64,000 nt of DNA, taken from positions 5,193-69,192 of the forward strand of contig CANRKO010000003.1 of the NCBI GenBank assembly GCA_947631235.1, written 5' to 3'. Under the pieces are notes generated by a model. The model saw only the letters and a list, made by a program, of their open reading frames with translations. It was not told where the DNA came from and did not search any database. This stretch comes from an uncultured Clostridia bacterium (GTDB lineage Bacteria > Bacillota > Clostridia > UBA1381). Below, in pieces: positions 40,970-50,768 of this stretch. Numbering within the stretch: position 1 is the first letter of the stretch; each line of letters starts with the position of its first letter. Both the position numbers and the translations under genes were made by a program.

Positions 40970-41198
40970 ATAAATTCCTTTCAAATTCGGAAACGGAAAC
41001 TGTTTGCGTTTAGTATATTCCTATTATAAATGTTTGTCAAGCCTTGTTCATAATTTGTTCATAAAATATGTAATTTCTGTTTACAATCAATTCATACCAG
41101 TGTCAAAAGTGTGTTTTAATATATACTCGTAGTAAAAAAATAACTCATGGTATGAAATTTATATATAACCGATAAAATATTATGGGAGATGACATGAT

Positions 41199-42443
41199 AT
41201 GAAACACTATCCGCACACAGAATCAACCGACATGATTATTTACAGTCAAAAGCCTAAGAGGGAGAAAAAGCCCCGCGTATGGCTGAGTGCAATTTGCAGC
41301 GCACTTATGGCGAGCGTTGTTACCGCCGGACTTGTCGGCGGCGGCGCGTACTACTATATAAAAAATCAGCAGCCCGTTGTGCAGAATCTTGCCGCACAGG
41401 GCGGACAGACCGCGACGCTTGACGACAGCTCACAGACGGTTGCCGAAGCCGCGCTTCTCGCGAACAACACAAACGGCAAAAAGGCAATGACCATTCCCGA
41501 GATAGCGGAAAAGGTCGGACCGAGCGTTGTCGGCGTAATAAATAAAACTACCGTTTCGCTGCAGCGTTTCTACGACCCGTTCACCGGACGGTACTATTCC
41601 TACAGCGACCCGTCGCAGGACGGTCAGACGGTGCAGCAGGGCAGCGGCTCGGGCATCATATTCCAGTCCGACGGCTATATTGTCACCAACTGGCACGTAA
41701 TAAACGGCGCGACGGAAATATCGGTGATCCTTAACACGGGCGAGGAATTTACGGCGAAACTTGTCGGCTCGGATGAAAAGACAGACCTCGCGGTACTCAA
41801 AATAGACCCGGGCAGCACAAAGCTGACTGCCGCGACGCTCAACTCCTCCGCCGACGTTAAGGTGGGCGAGCTTGCCGTCGCGATAGGCAACCCGATGGGA
41901 CAGGAGTTTTCGGGCAGCGTTACCGCCGGTATCGTGAGCGCGGTAAACAGGACTATGACGCTCGATAACAGAACGTATAACCTCATCCAGACGGACGCGG
42001 CAATAAACAACGGAAACAGCGGCGGCGCGCTCATCAACCAGTACGGCGAGGTTATAGGCATTAACTCCGTAAAGCTGTCCTCGACAGGTATTGAGGGTAT
42101 GGGCTTTGCGATTGCGATGTCCGAGGCGAAACCGATAATAGACGACCTTATGTCGTCGGGCTACGTAAAGGGCAGACCTCTCGTGGGAATAAATATCAGA
42201 GACACGGGCTACGGCTTGTTTATAGAGAACGTTGTCGAAGGCAGCGGAGCCGAAGACGCGGGACTTAAAACCTACGACATGATACTTGAAGTGGACGGTC
42301 AGAAAGTATCCTCGACCGAGGAGGTCAACGCCATCCGCGACAAGAAGAAGGCGGGCGACTACCTGACCTTCAAGATACTGCGCGACGGAGAGACGATGGA
42401 AATACAGGTTCGTCTGTCCGAGGATAAGGCGCAGAACCAATAA
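41199..42443 (+). CDS. htrA: HtrA/DegP-family serine protease (TM, trypsin, PDZ)
   Basis: TNWHV, DLAV, IQTDAAINNGNSGG. Confidence 0.92.
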   Translation: MKHYPHTESTDMIIYSQKPKREKKPRVWLSAICSALMASVVTAGLVGGGAYYYIKNQQPVVQNLAAQGGQTATLDDSSQTVAEAALLANNTNGKKAMTIPEIAEKVGPSVVGVINKTTVSLQRFYDPFTGRYYSYSDPSQDGQTVQQGSGSGIIFQSDGYIVTNWHVINGATEISVILNTGEEFTAKLVGSDEKTDLAVLKIDPGSTKLTAATLNSSADVKVGELAVAIGNPMGQEFSGSVTAGIVSAVNRTMTLDNRTYNLIQTDAAINNGNSGGALINQYGEVIGINSVKLSSTGIEGMGFAIAMSEAKPIIDDLMSSGYVKGRPLVGINIRDTGYGLFIENVVEGSGAEDAGLKTYDMILEVDGQKVSSTEEVNAIRDKKKAGDYLTFKILRDGETMEIQVRLSEDKAQNQ

Positions 42444-42464
42444 AATGCAAACAAGATAAAGCTT

Positions 42465-42672
42465 GATGGCTGCCACGGCAGCCGGATACCATCCTTTTTT
42501 TCAGATGCCCTTGCCTTTCCCCAAAGGCAAGGGTCCCCCCCGAAGAAATCGGACGCGAAACCGTCCGTTTCTATATAACAACAGCATATGTTGTGAATAC
42601 CCCCCTTATAAAACATTTACTTCCCCCAATATGTATTTGTTTTGCACCGCCCCACCGAGGCGGTGTTTTTTT
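42465..42672 (+). ncRNA. Candidate structured RNA with C-rich loops ending in a terminator
   Basis: Serial hairpins, four unpaired C4-C7 tracts, terminator CACCGCC..GGCGGTG-T7. Confidence 0.3.
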
Positions 42673-42795
42673 ATTTTTCCGATTTTAACGGCATTTTTTT
42701 GAATTTTACTGTTGAATATTTTTGGAAATTGATGTATAATGAAAATACCTATGAAAAAAGACCTTGCGATTATACGCGAAAAAGGAATTAACAAT

Positions 42796-45627
42796 ATGAA
42801 AAAAGTATTCATTGCGTTCATTTCGGCGCTGATCGCGCTGATGGCAGCGTCGCTGCCCGCATACGCTGAAAGCAACGTGTATAAAACAGGAATAATAGAT
42901 GATTACAATACGCCCGAGGTCGACATTGACACCTACGCCCGCGCGTGCCTGAAAGGTCTTTTTGACCTTGCGGACGACACGGGATTTGCGGCTGACGAGT
43001 ATTCCACCGAGAGTGGTCTTAAAAGGCTTGCCGACGGCACGCTTGATTTTGTTGCGATGATTTCTCCCGACGACGCGCTTAACGCGAGCGTGGACTTTAC
43101 CGACCGCGCTGTCGGCGTGGGCTTTTTGTCGCTGTTCGTAAACAACGATAAGGAACTGTATTACAAGGACTACGAGCATTTCAACAATATCAGAATTGCC
43201 GCGGTCCACAACGCGAATTTTGAAAATATACTCGCGTCGTTTGCGCAGGCGAATAACTTTACATACACGCTCGTGTACTGCCACAGCGGCGACGACATGA
43301 AACGCGCCATGGAACAGGGCGGCGCGGACGCAATGCTCATGCCAGCGACATCGTCGCCCGAAGGAATGAGAGCGATTGCAAGGTGCGGACAGGTCAACTA
43401 CTACTGCGCCGTAAGAAAGGGCGACACAAAAACGCTGTCGCTGCTCAACGGTCTGCTCGACCGCCTTTCCGACTCGCGCCCGTTCTACCTTTCGCGCTAT
43501 TACACCGACTGTTTCCGTATGCCGTACAGCGACATGGTGGCTATGACCGAAACCGATTACAATGCTGCGCGCAGCAAGGGCAAGCTGAGAGTGTTCGTAC
43601 CCGACAACTACCCGCTGGTGTTTTATAACAAATCCGATAACGCATACGAGGGCATATACATAGACATTATCAATAAAATAGCAGCCAATGCCGGCATGGA
43701 AATAGAGTATATCCCGAACGACATGAATGACGAAAATCGTCTCAAAGAGGATATGATGCTCGGCAAGGCTGACGCGGTGCTGAACGTTTCAGGCTCGGAG
43801 CAGGGCGTAACCGAGGCGACCATACCGTACACGTCAATCATATTTTATCCCGTGGCGCGGGACGAGGTCGAGGCGGAAAGCGATGTACAGGTGGGCATAG
43901 CGGACAGCAATTTGTGGATAAAGAAGTATCTGAACGAGAATTATCCGCGCTGGGTGGTTAAAACGTACGGCTCGATCAACTCCATGCTTGACGATGCGGA
44001 GCGCGGAGAAATCAGCGCGGCTCTTATTTCCGCGCCGGAACTTCAAACCAAAATGAGCCTTATCGCTCATCCCAAACTTTCGATTATGCACAATTTTGAG
44101 CTGAGTATTCCTGTAAGGCTCGGCATATCGCGTCTGACGTGCGACACAAGCCTTATAAGCATGCTCAACGGCATAATTCACAATACGTCCGTTGACAGCG
44201 CGGAACTTGAAAGCAAGGCGTATACGCTGAGCCACACATATATACCGAATTTCCGCGATATGATATACGCCAACCGCGTATGGGTGCTGATAATCCTTAT
44301 CACCGTAGCGCTTATAATACTGTTCCTGTGCCTAAGAATGAGACATTTCAGGAGAATGGCGCGTATAGACACTCTTACCGGCGTGTACAACAACAAGTAC
44401 CTTATGACGGCTGCGCACAAGCTGCTTACCAAAAACGCCGACAGGAAGTATCTGCTTGTGTCGGTGGACGCGATAAACTTCAAGCTTGTAAACGACCGTT
44501 TTGGCACGGACGTGGGCGACAAGATGCTCGTGTCCATGGCGAACGAATTGAAAAGACTTTTCCGCGACAAGGGAATTTTCGGCAGACTGGTGGGCGACAA
44601 CTTCCTTGTTATTGTCGAGGACAACGACAACAACAGACTGCTCATCGACGAGCTTGAAAACGCCGATATACACGTGCAGGACGCGTCAACATACCGCCTT
44701 CACATAAAGGCGGGTATCTGCCCGATTACGCATTACGACTCCGATACGCCACTGTCAATATATGTGGACAGAGCGAATATAGCCAAAGAGGGCGTGCATA
44801 TAGTAGGAAGAAACTACCTGTGCTACTTTACCGACAGAATGTACTCAAAGCTTGAAATCGAGAGCGAGCTGGAGGTGGACATGATAGCGTCGCTGCGGAG
44901 CGGCGAATTTATAGCGTATTATCAGCCCAAATACGACCTCAAAACAAATAAAATAGTCGGCGCGGAGGCGCTCGTAAGGTGGAACCATAAGGATAAGGGT
45001 CTTATCTCGCCGGGCATATTCGTGCCTCTGTTTGAGCGCAACGGCTTTATAAACAAGGTTGACTTCGCCGTATATGAGCAGGCGTTGCGTATGCTTAAAA
45101 AACGGCTTTTAAACAACGAGCCGGTAGTGACCGTTTCGATGAACGTGTCGCGCTGCCATTTGAGCGACCCGCGCTTTGCCGATAAGCTTGACGATTTGGT
45201 AAAGCGATACAAAATCCCGAAGAAATACATTGATATGGAGATAACGGAAAGCATATTCTCCGAGGGCGACAACAGCGCGAACGATTTGGTGTACGACCTC
45301 CACCGCCGCGGCTATTCGGTGTCAATGGACGACTTCGGCAGCGGCTATTCGTCGCTTAACCTTCTTCGTATCATGCCTATCGACACGCTGAAAATAGATA
45401 AGGTGTTCATAGACGACATAGAAACGTCAAAGCGCAGCGTCAATATTATCGAGGAAATAATCGCGATGGCGAAACGCATTGACGTAACCACTCTGTGCGA
45501 GGGCGTGGAGACGGAGGGTCAGCGCGACATTCTGCGCGCGGCAGGCTGCGACATGGCGCAGGGCTACTACTATTCGAGACCCATTACCGAGGCGGAATTT
45601 GAGACGCTTTTAAACAAGGAAAACTAA
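42796..45627 (+). CDS. Sensor c-di-GMP phosphodiesterase: signal peptide, two substrate-binding-like domains, TM, degenerate GGDEF, EAL
   Basis: DTLTG, NDRFG, VGDNF (degenerate), YQPK, EAL, DDFGSGYSS, EGVE, QGYYY. Confidence 0.88.
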   Translation: MKKVFIAFISALIALMAASLPAYAESNVYKTGIIDDYNTPEVDIDTYARACLKGLFDLADDTGFAADEYSTESGLKRLADGTLDFVAMISPDDALNASVDFTDRAVGVGFLSLFVNNDKELYYKDYEHFNNIRIAAVHNANFENILASFAQANNFTYTLVYCHSGDDMKRAMEQGGADAMLMPATSSPEGMRAIARCGQVNYYCAVRKGDTKTLSLLNGLLDRLSDSRPFYLSRYYTDCFRMPYSDMVAMTETDYNAARSKGKLRVFVPDNYPLVFYNKSDNAYEGIYIDIINKIAANAGMEIEYIPNDMNDENRLKEDMMLGKADAVLNVSGSEQGVTEATIPYTSIIFYPVARDEVEAESDVQVGIADSNLWIKKYLNENYPRWVVKTYGSINSMLDDAERGEISAALISAPELQTKMSLIAHPKLSIMHNFELSIPVRLGISRLTCDTSLISMLNGIIHNTSVDSAELESKAYTLSHTYIPNFRDMIYANRVWVLIILITVALIILFLCLRMRHFRRMARIDTLTGVYNNKYLMTAAHKLLTKNADRKYLLVSVDAINFKLVNDRFGTDVGDKMLVSMANELKRLFRDKGIFGRLVGDNFLVIVEDNDNNRLLIDELENADIHVQDASTYRLHIKAGICPITHYDSDTPLSIYVDRANIAKEGVHIVGRNYLCYFTDRMYSKLEIESELEVDMIASLRSGEFIAYYQPKYDLKTNKIVGAEALVRWNHKDKGLISPGIFVPLFERNGFINKVDFAVYEQALRMLKKRLLNNEPVVTVSMNVSRCHLSDPRFADKLDDLVKRYKIPKKYIDMEITESIFSEGDNSANDLVYDLHRRGYSVSMDDFGSGYSSLNLLRIMPIDTLKIDKVFIDDIETSKRSVNIIEEIIAMAKRIDVTTLCEGVETEGQRDILRAAGCDMAQGYYYSRPITEAEFETLLNKEN

Positions 45628-45648
45628 AAGGAAAGGAACATAAATATA

Positions 45649-46860
45649 ATGGCAAAAATCCAAATGAAAACGCCGCTTGTCGAAATGGACGGCGACGAAA
45701 TGACAAGAATAATATGGAAGATGATCAAGGATATACTCCTTACGCCTTACATCGACCTCAAAACCGAGTACTACGACCTCGGTCTCGAACACCGCAACGC
45801 GACGAACGACCAAGTGACGGTCGACAGCGCGAACGCGACGAAGAAGTACGGCGTCGCGGTAAAGTGCGCGACCATAACGCCGAACGCCGCGAGAATGGAC
45901 GAGTACGACTTAAAGGAGATGTGGAAGTCGCCGAACGGCACGATAAGAGCGATGCTCGACGGCACGGTTTTCCGCACGCCGATACTCGTAAAGGGCATAA
46001 CGCCGTACATCCCGACGTGGACGCAGCCCATCACGATTGCGCGTCACGCTTACGGCGATATTTACAAGAACGTCGAAATGCAGGTCAAGGCGGGAAGTAA
46101 GGCGGAGCTCGTGACGACCGATAAGGACGGCAATGAGACGCGCGAGCTTATATACGATTTCGCGGACGAGGACGGTATAATCCAGGGCGTTCACAACCGC
46201 GACAAGTCGATTGCGAGTTTCGCGAGAGCGTGCTTTAACTACGCGCTCGACATGAAGAAGGATATTTGGTTCGCGACGAAGGACACGATTTCCAAAAAGT
46301 ACGACCACCGTTTTAAGGACATATTCCAAGAGATTTTTGACGCGGAGTACAAGGAGAAATTCGACGCGGCGGGAATAGAGTATTTCTACACGCTTATCGA
46401 CGACGCCGTGGCGCGTGTTGTGCGCTCAAACGGCGGCTACATATGGGCGTGCAAGAACTATGACGGCGACGTTATGTCGGACATGGTCGCGACGGCTTAC
46501 GGCTCGCTCGCGATGATGACGTCGGTTCTCGTTTCGCCCGACGGCATTTACGAGTACGAGGCTGCTCACGGCACGGTGCAGCGTCACTATTACAAGCACC
46601 TGAAGGGCGAAAAGACCTCGACAAACTCCGTCGCGACGCTGTTCGCGTGGACGGGCGCGCTCCGTAAGCGCGGCGAGCTCGACGAGTTACCCGAACTTGT
46701 AAACTTCGCCGACTGCCTTGAAAAAGCGACGATACAGACGATTGAGGACGGCGTAATGACCGGCGATTTGTATTTGCTCTCAACGCTTGAAAATAAACAG
46801 AAGGTCGATACCGAGGATTTTCTCCTCGCCGTGGACGACAGACTGAAAAAGCTGTTGTAA
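45649..46860 (+). CDS. icd: NADP-dependent isocitrate dehydrogenase
   Basis: [39 protein letters not shown]. Confidence 0.97.
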   Translation: MAKIQMKTPLVEMDGDEMTRIIWKMIKDILLTPYIDLKTEYYDLGLEHRNATNDQVTVDSANATKKYGVAVKCATITPNAARMDEYDLKEMWKSPNGTIRAMLDGTVFRTPILVKGITPYIPTWTQPITIARHAYGDIYKNVEMQVKAGSKAELVTTDKDGNETRELIYDFADEDGIIQGVHNRDKSIASFARACFNYALDMKKDIWFATKDTISKKYDHRFKDIFQEIFDAEYKEKFDAAGIEYFYTLIDDAVARVVRSNGGYIWACKNYDGDVMSDMVATAYGSLAMMTSVLVSPDGIYEYEAAHGTVQRHYYKHLKGEKTSTNSVATLFAWTGALRKRGELDELPELVNFADCLEKATIQTIEDGVMTGDLYLLSTLENKQKVDTEDFLLAVDDRLKKLL

Positions 46861-46929
46861 AATTATAGTAAGCAAAACCCCGCGGCTTTGCTGCGGGGGT
46901 AGATTTTCGCGAGTGGATAATTTAATTGT

Positions 46930-47058
46930 TCACTCGCTTTTTTCTTCCTTGTTTTTTATGTACATATCCTCAACTTCTTTTTGTGCCGTTTTAAGCGCCT
47001 CGATCGCGTCGGTCACGACGTTAAAAAGCTTGTAGTACATCTCTTCGTACTGCGGCAT
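46930..47058 (-). CDS. Small hypothetical helical protein (42 aa)
   Basis: MPQYEEMYYKLFNVVTDAIEALKTAQKEVEDMYIKNKEEKSE; strong RBS AAGGAGGTGA; not in the ORF track. Confidence 0.65.
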   Translation of the reverse strand: MPQYEEMYYKLFNVVTDAIEALKTAQKEVEDMYIKNKEEKSE

Positions 47059-47074
47059 TTCCTTCACCTCCTTA

Positions 47075-47273
47075 ATAAAAAAAGCGCAGCCCTATCTCTA
47101 AGACCGCGCATAAAAACACGGTCGGAACTGCTAAATTCTATAACAATAAGCCATGATAAAACCTCATTGTAATGACCGCATTTTTTGCATAACGCAAACA
47201 GAGATTTTATCGAATTTGTTAAGTTATAGAATTTAGCATATAAATTGTATCATAAAAAGTCGAATTTGTAAAG
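47075..47273 (-). promoter_or_regulatory. Promoter and structured leader of the 42-aa ORF
   Basis: TTTACA-17-TACAAT with TG extension; perfect 16-bp inverted repeat 47129-47144/47223-47238; T-tract before the RBS. Confidence 0.5.
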
Positions 47274-47318
47274 AAAAACCGCTTTACAATAATCGTCATT
47301 CTTCGACATTTCCCGTTA

Positions 47319-47705
47319 GCCTCCCTTGTCAAAGGGAGGTGAATGACGCTTCAGCGTCATAGGCATAGAGCTTTGCTCGTATGCCGTAGCAAAAGGGACC
47401 GCCGAAGGCGGTGGAGGGATTCATTGTGTAAATTGAAAAGGAATCCCCCAGTCAGCTCCGCTGACAGCCCCCTTTAACAAGGGGGCCTCACGTTGCTTTA
47501 CGTAGGGGCTGGCGCTTCTGCTACGGCGTTTGTTGCTTTGCAACACGCCTACCACACGCGGGGCGTGTGGTTCACCTCGACAGCCCGCGAGTATGGCTCC
47601 CCTATTAGGGGAGCTGTCACCGAAGGTGACTGAGGGGTTTGTTTTATAATAATTTCAAAACCCCTCCGTCGGTTTCACCGACACCTCCCCTAGTAGGGGA
47701 GGCTT
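47319..47705. repeat. Repeat cluster: family A and GTAG-REP each carrying a nested insertion, plus family B
   Basis: Comparison with empty copies elsewhere in the window. Confidence 0.85.
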
Positions 47706-47794
47706 ACGGGCAAACCATATTGACAAAACCCCCATATCAGTGTAAAATAAAGGAAAAATCCGTTACCGCGACAGCGGAACCGAAAGGACGAGCC

Positions 47795-48532
47795 ATGGAC
47801 GAGATATTACGCGTTGAAAACCTCAATTTTGAATACCCCGACGCGCCGGTGCTGCGCGATGTGTCCTTTACGCTTAACAAAGGCGATTTTCTCGGCATAA
47901 TCGGCGCGAACGGCGCGGGCAAAAGCACGCTTATAAAACTCATCTTAAACCTGCTCCCGTGTCCGAAGGGCGCGATTACGCTTTTCGGCGAGGACATAAG
48001 CTCGTTTAAGGACGCGCACAAGATTGGCTACGTGTCGCAGAAATCGAACGCGTTCGCGAAGAATTTCCCCGCGACGGTCGAGGAGGTCGTCGCCGCGAAT
48101 TTGTACTCGCAGAAAAAATTATTTAGCCGCTACACACGCGCCGACCGCGACCATGTACGCGAGGTTTTGAGCCGCGTCGGTATGGACGGCTACCTCGATA
48201 AGCCGATAGGCAAGCTGTCCGGCGGACAGCAGCAGCGTGTGTTTATCGCCCGCGCTCTTGTCGCCGAGCCGGAGCTGCTTTTAATGGACGAGCCGACAAG
48301 CGGCGTTGACGCTGCGAACGCCGCCGCGATAACCGACATAATAACCGACCTCAACAGCCGCGGTATGACGATAGTAATGACGAACCACGACACGCCCGCG
48401 CTTTTCAAGATTTCGAGCGTTCTGCTTATTTTCTGCGAACACGGCAACGGCGAGTTTGTGAAGAAAACCGACCTGACGCTCGACGAGGTCAACGACATAT
48501 TCGCGGGAAGGAGGAAACATCACCATGCCTGA
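47795..48532 (+). CDS. Metal ABC transporter ATP-binding protein (ZnuC-like)
   Basis: GANGAGKST, LSGGQQQR, LLMDEP, His-rich tail. Confidence 0.9.
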   Translation: MDEILRVENLNFEYPDAPVLRDVSFTLNKGDFLGIIGANGAGKSTLIKLILNLLPCPKGAITLFGEDISSFKDAHKIGYVSQKSNAFAKNFPATVEEVVAANLYSQKKLFSRYTRADRDHVREVLSRVGMDGYLDKPIGKLSGGQQQRVFIARALVAEPELLLMDEPTSGVDAANAAAITDIITDLNSRGMTIVMTNHDTPALFKISSVLLIFCEHGNGEFVKKTDLTLDEVNDIFAGRRKHHHA

Positions 48533-49328
48533 CATATTTTCACAGGGATTTATGCTCCGCGCGTTTCTGGCGGCGGGGATAATCGCGCTCGTGTCGCCGT
48601 GCATAGGCACGACGCTCGTGTTAAAGCGATTGAGCGCGATAGGCGATGCGACCTCGCATTCCGCGCTCGCGGGCATAGCGTTCGGACTGATGATTGGAAT
48701 AAACCCGATACTCGGCGCGATACTGTTTTCAATATTCGCCGTACTCGGCATAGAAACGCTGCGCCGCGCCTTTAAGGGCTACGGCGAAATTGCGACGGTC
48801 GTCGTGATGTCGGCGGGCATAGGACTTGCCGCCGTGCTTTCGCGGTTCACCGGCAGCGCGTCGAGCCTTGACAGCTTTATGTTCGGCTCGGTGATTGCGA
48901 TTTCCGACTTTGACCTGTGGCTCACAGCCGCGCTCGGAGTAGCCGTGGCAGCGGTATCACTGATTTTGAGAAAGGAACTGTTTTTCGTGACGTTCGACGA
49001 GGAGGCGGCAAAGCTTGCCGGAGTGCCGACACGCGCCGTAAACCTAGTCATTATGGCGCTCACCGCCGTAACGGTCTCGGTCGCGTCGCGCATAGTCGGC
49101 GCACTGATGATTTCGTCGCTGCTCGTGATACCGGTCGCGGCGGCGATGATGCTCGCGAAAAGCTATAAACAGACGATTTTAATTTCAATCCTGCTCGCGG
49201 AAGCGTTCACGATAGGCGGACTGTTCGTGTCGTACTACGCCGACCTCAGCCCCGGCGGCACGATAGTGCTGATAGGCGTGATTTTCCTCTCCGTGGTTGC
49301 ATTGGTTACACGAAAAAGAAGAATGTAA
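48525..49328 (+). CDS. Metal ABC transporter permease (ZnuB-like)
   Basis: GDATSHSALAG, FDEE.A, VGALMISSLL. Confidence 0.9.
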   Translation: MPDIFSQGFMLRAFLAAGIIALVSPCIGTTLVLKRLSAIGDATSHSALAGIAFGLMIGINPILGAILFSIFAVLGIETLRRAFKGYGEIATVVVMSAGIGLAAVLSRFTGSASSLDSFMFGSVIAISDFDLWLTAALGVAVAAVSLILRKELFFVTFDEEAAKLAGVPTRAVNLVIMALTAVTVSVASRIVGALMISSLLVIPVAAAMMLAKSYKQTILISILLAEAFTIGGLFVSYYADLSPGGTIVLIGVIFLSVVALVTRKRRM

Positions 49329-49360
49329 ATATTAAAATTTTACACGGGCGACCGAAGTAA

Positions 49361-49464
49361 GGCTCCCCTATTAGGGGAGCTGTCACCGAAGGTGACTGAG
49401 GGGTTTATATGAAACAAAACCCTTCCACCGCCTACGGCGGTCCCCCTCCCCTGATAGGGGAGGC
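49361..49464. repeat. Hybrid family B/A repeat
   Basis: Family B left half plus a family A-like right half. Confidence 0.8.
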
Positions 49465-49567
49465 TCACGTTCGCCCGCATGATCCCCTCACAAAAACCGA
49501 TTGACACCCTCCGAAAAAAATTGTATAATAAATCCATAAACAAAACACAAAGAAAGGGAGACAAAAT

Positions 49568-50554
49568 ATGTACACAGCAGACGAAAAAAGATACGACACG
49601 ATGAAATACAACCGCTGCGGAAACAGCGGACTTAAACTTAGCGCGTTCTCGCTGGGTTTGTGGCACAACTTCGGCAGCGGCGACAATTACGACAATATGG
49701 TCGCGATGCTCACGACCGCGTTTGACCTCGGCATAACGCACTTTGACCTTGCGAACAACTACGGCCCTTACCCCGGCAGCGCGGAGGAAAATTTCGGCAA
49801 GGTGATGAAGAACGAATTTAAGCCCTACCGCGACGAGATTATTGTATCGACGAAGGCGGGCTACGGCATGTGGGCAGGCCCCTACGGCGACCACGGCTCG
49901 CGCAAGTACCTTATAGCGAGCCTTGACCAGAGCCTAAAGCGTCTCGGTCTCGACTACGTTGACATTTTCTACCACCACCGCCCCGACCCCGAAACGCCCA
50001 TGGAGGAAACGGCTCGCGCTCTCGACCAAATCGTGCGCAGCGGCAAGGCGCTGTACGTCGGCGTTTCAAATTACAGCGCGGAGCAGACGAAACAAATGGC
50101 TGAGATTATGAAGAGTCTCGGCACGCCGCTTGTTATCCACCAGCCGCGTTACAATATGTTTGAACGCTGGGTCGAGGACGGACTTCTCGACGTGCTCGAC
50201 GAGGAGGGAATGGGTTCGATTTCGTTCTGCCCGCTCGCGCAGGGATTGCTCACAAATAAGTACATACACGGTATCCCCGCCGACTCGCGTGCCGCGAAAG
50301 CGTCGCCGTTTCTCACGAAGGACGGTATCACAGCCGAGAAAATCGAAAAGGTTGTGAGCCTTAACGCTATCGCCGAGAACCGCGGACAGTCGCTCGCGCA
50401 AATGGCTTGCGCGTGGAACTTGCGCGGCGGAAGACTGACGAGCGTGCTGCTCGGCGCGTCACGACCCGCGCAGATAATCGAAAACGCCGCCGCAATCTCC
50501 AACCTCGATTTCATCCAAGATGAACTCGACGCGATTGATGAGATTTTGAAGTAA
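49568..50554 (+). CDS. Aldo/keto reductase (L-glyceraldehyde-3-phosphate reductase-like)
   Basis: SLGLWHNFG, FDLANNYGP, STKAGY, GKALYVGVSNY, PLAQGLL. Confidence 0.92.
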   Translation: MYTADEKRYDTMKYNRCGNSGLKLSAFSLGLWHNFGSGDNYDNMVAMLTTAFDLGITHFDLANNYGPYPGSAEENFGKVMKNEFKPYRDEIIVSTKAGYGMWAGPYGDHGSRKYLIASLDQSLKRLGLDYVDIFYHHRPDPETPMEETARALDQIVRSGKALYVGVSNYSAEQTKQMAEIMKSLGTPLVIHQPRYNMFERWVEDGLLDVLDEEGMGSISFCPLAQGLLTNKYIHGIPADSRAAKASPFLTKDGITAEKIEKVVSLNAIAENRGQSLAQMACAWNLRGGRLTSVLLGASRPAQIIENAAAISNLDFIQDELDAIDEILK

Positions 50555-50576
50555 AACATAGCACCTAAATTAAAGT

Positions 50577-50738
50577 ATGACCCCCTCTATGAGGGGGTCT
50601 TTCATGTGGCGGGCGACCGTCAGCCTCCCTTGTCAAAGGGAGGGGGACCGCCGAAGGCGGTGGAGGGATTCATTGTATAAATAAAAAAGGAATCCCCCAG
50701 TCACGCTACGCGTGACAGCCCCCTTTAACAAGGGGGCC
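50577..50738. repeat. Partial family C plus family A repeat
   Basis: ATGACCCCCTCTATGAGGGGGTCT followed by the family A unit. Confidence 0.88.
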
Positions 50739-50768
50739 TTACAATGTGCGGGCGACAATCATACACCT

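Noticed and set aside
41430-42476. Long antisense ORFs (348 aa opposite htrA; others opposite araB/araD, polA, secY)
   Set aside because: Shadow frames of well-supported genes with biased codon usage; no RBS or recognisable motifs
42577-42597. ACAGCATATGTTGT as a second XRE operator or NrdR box
   Set aside because: Only a partial match in AT-rich DNA, with no plausible target promoter position
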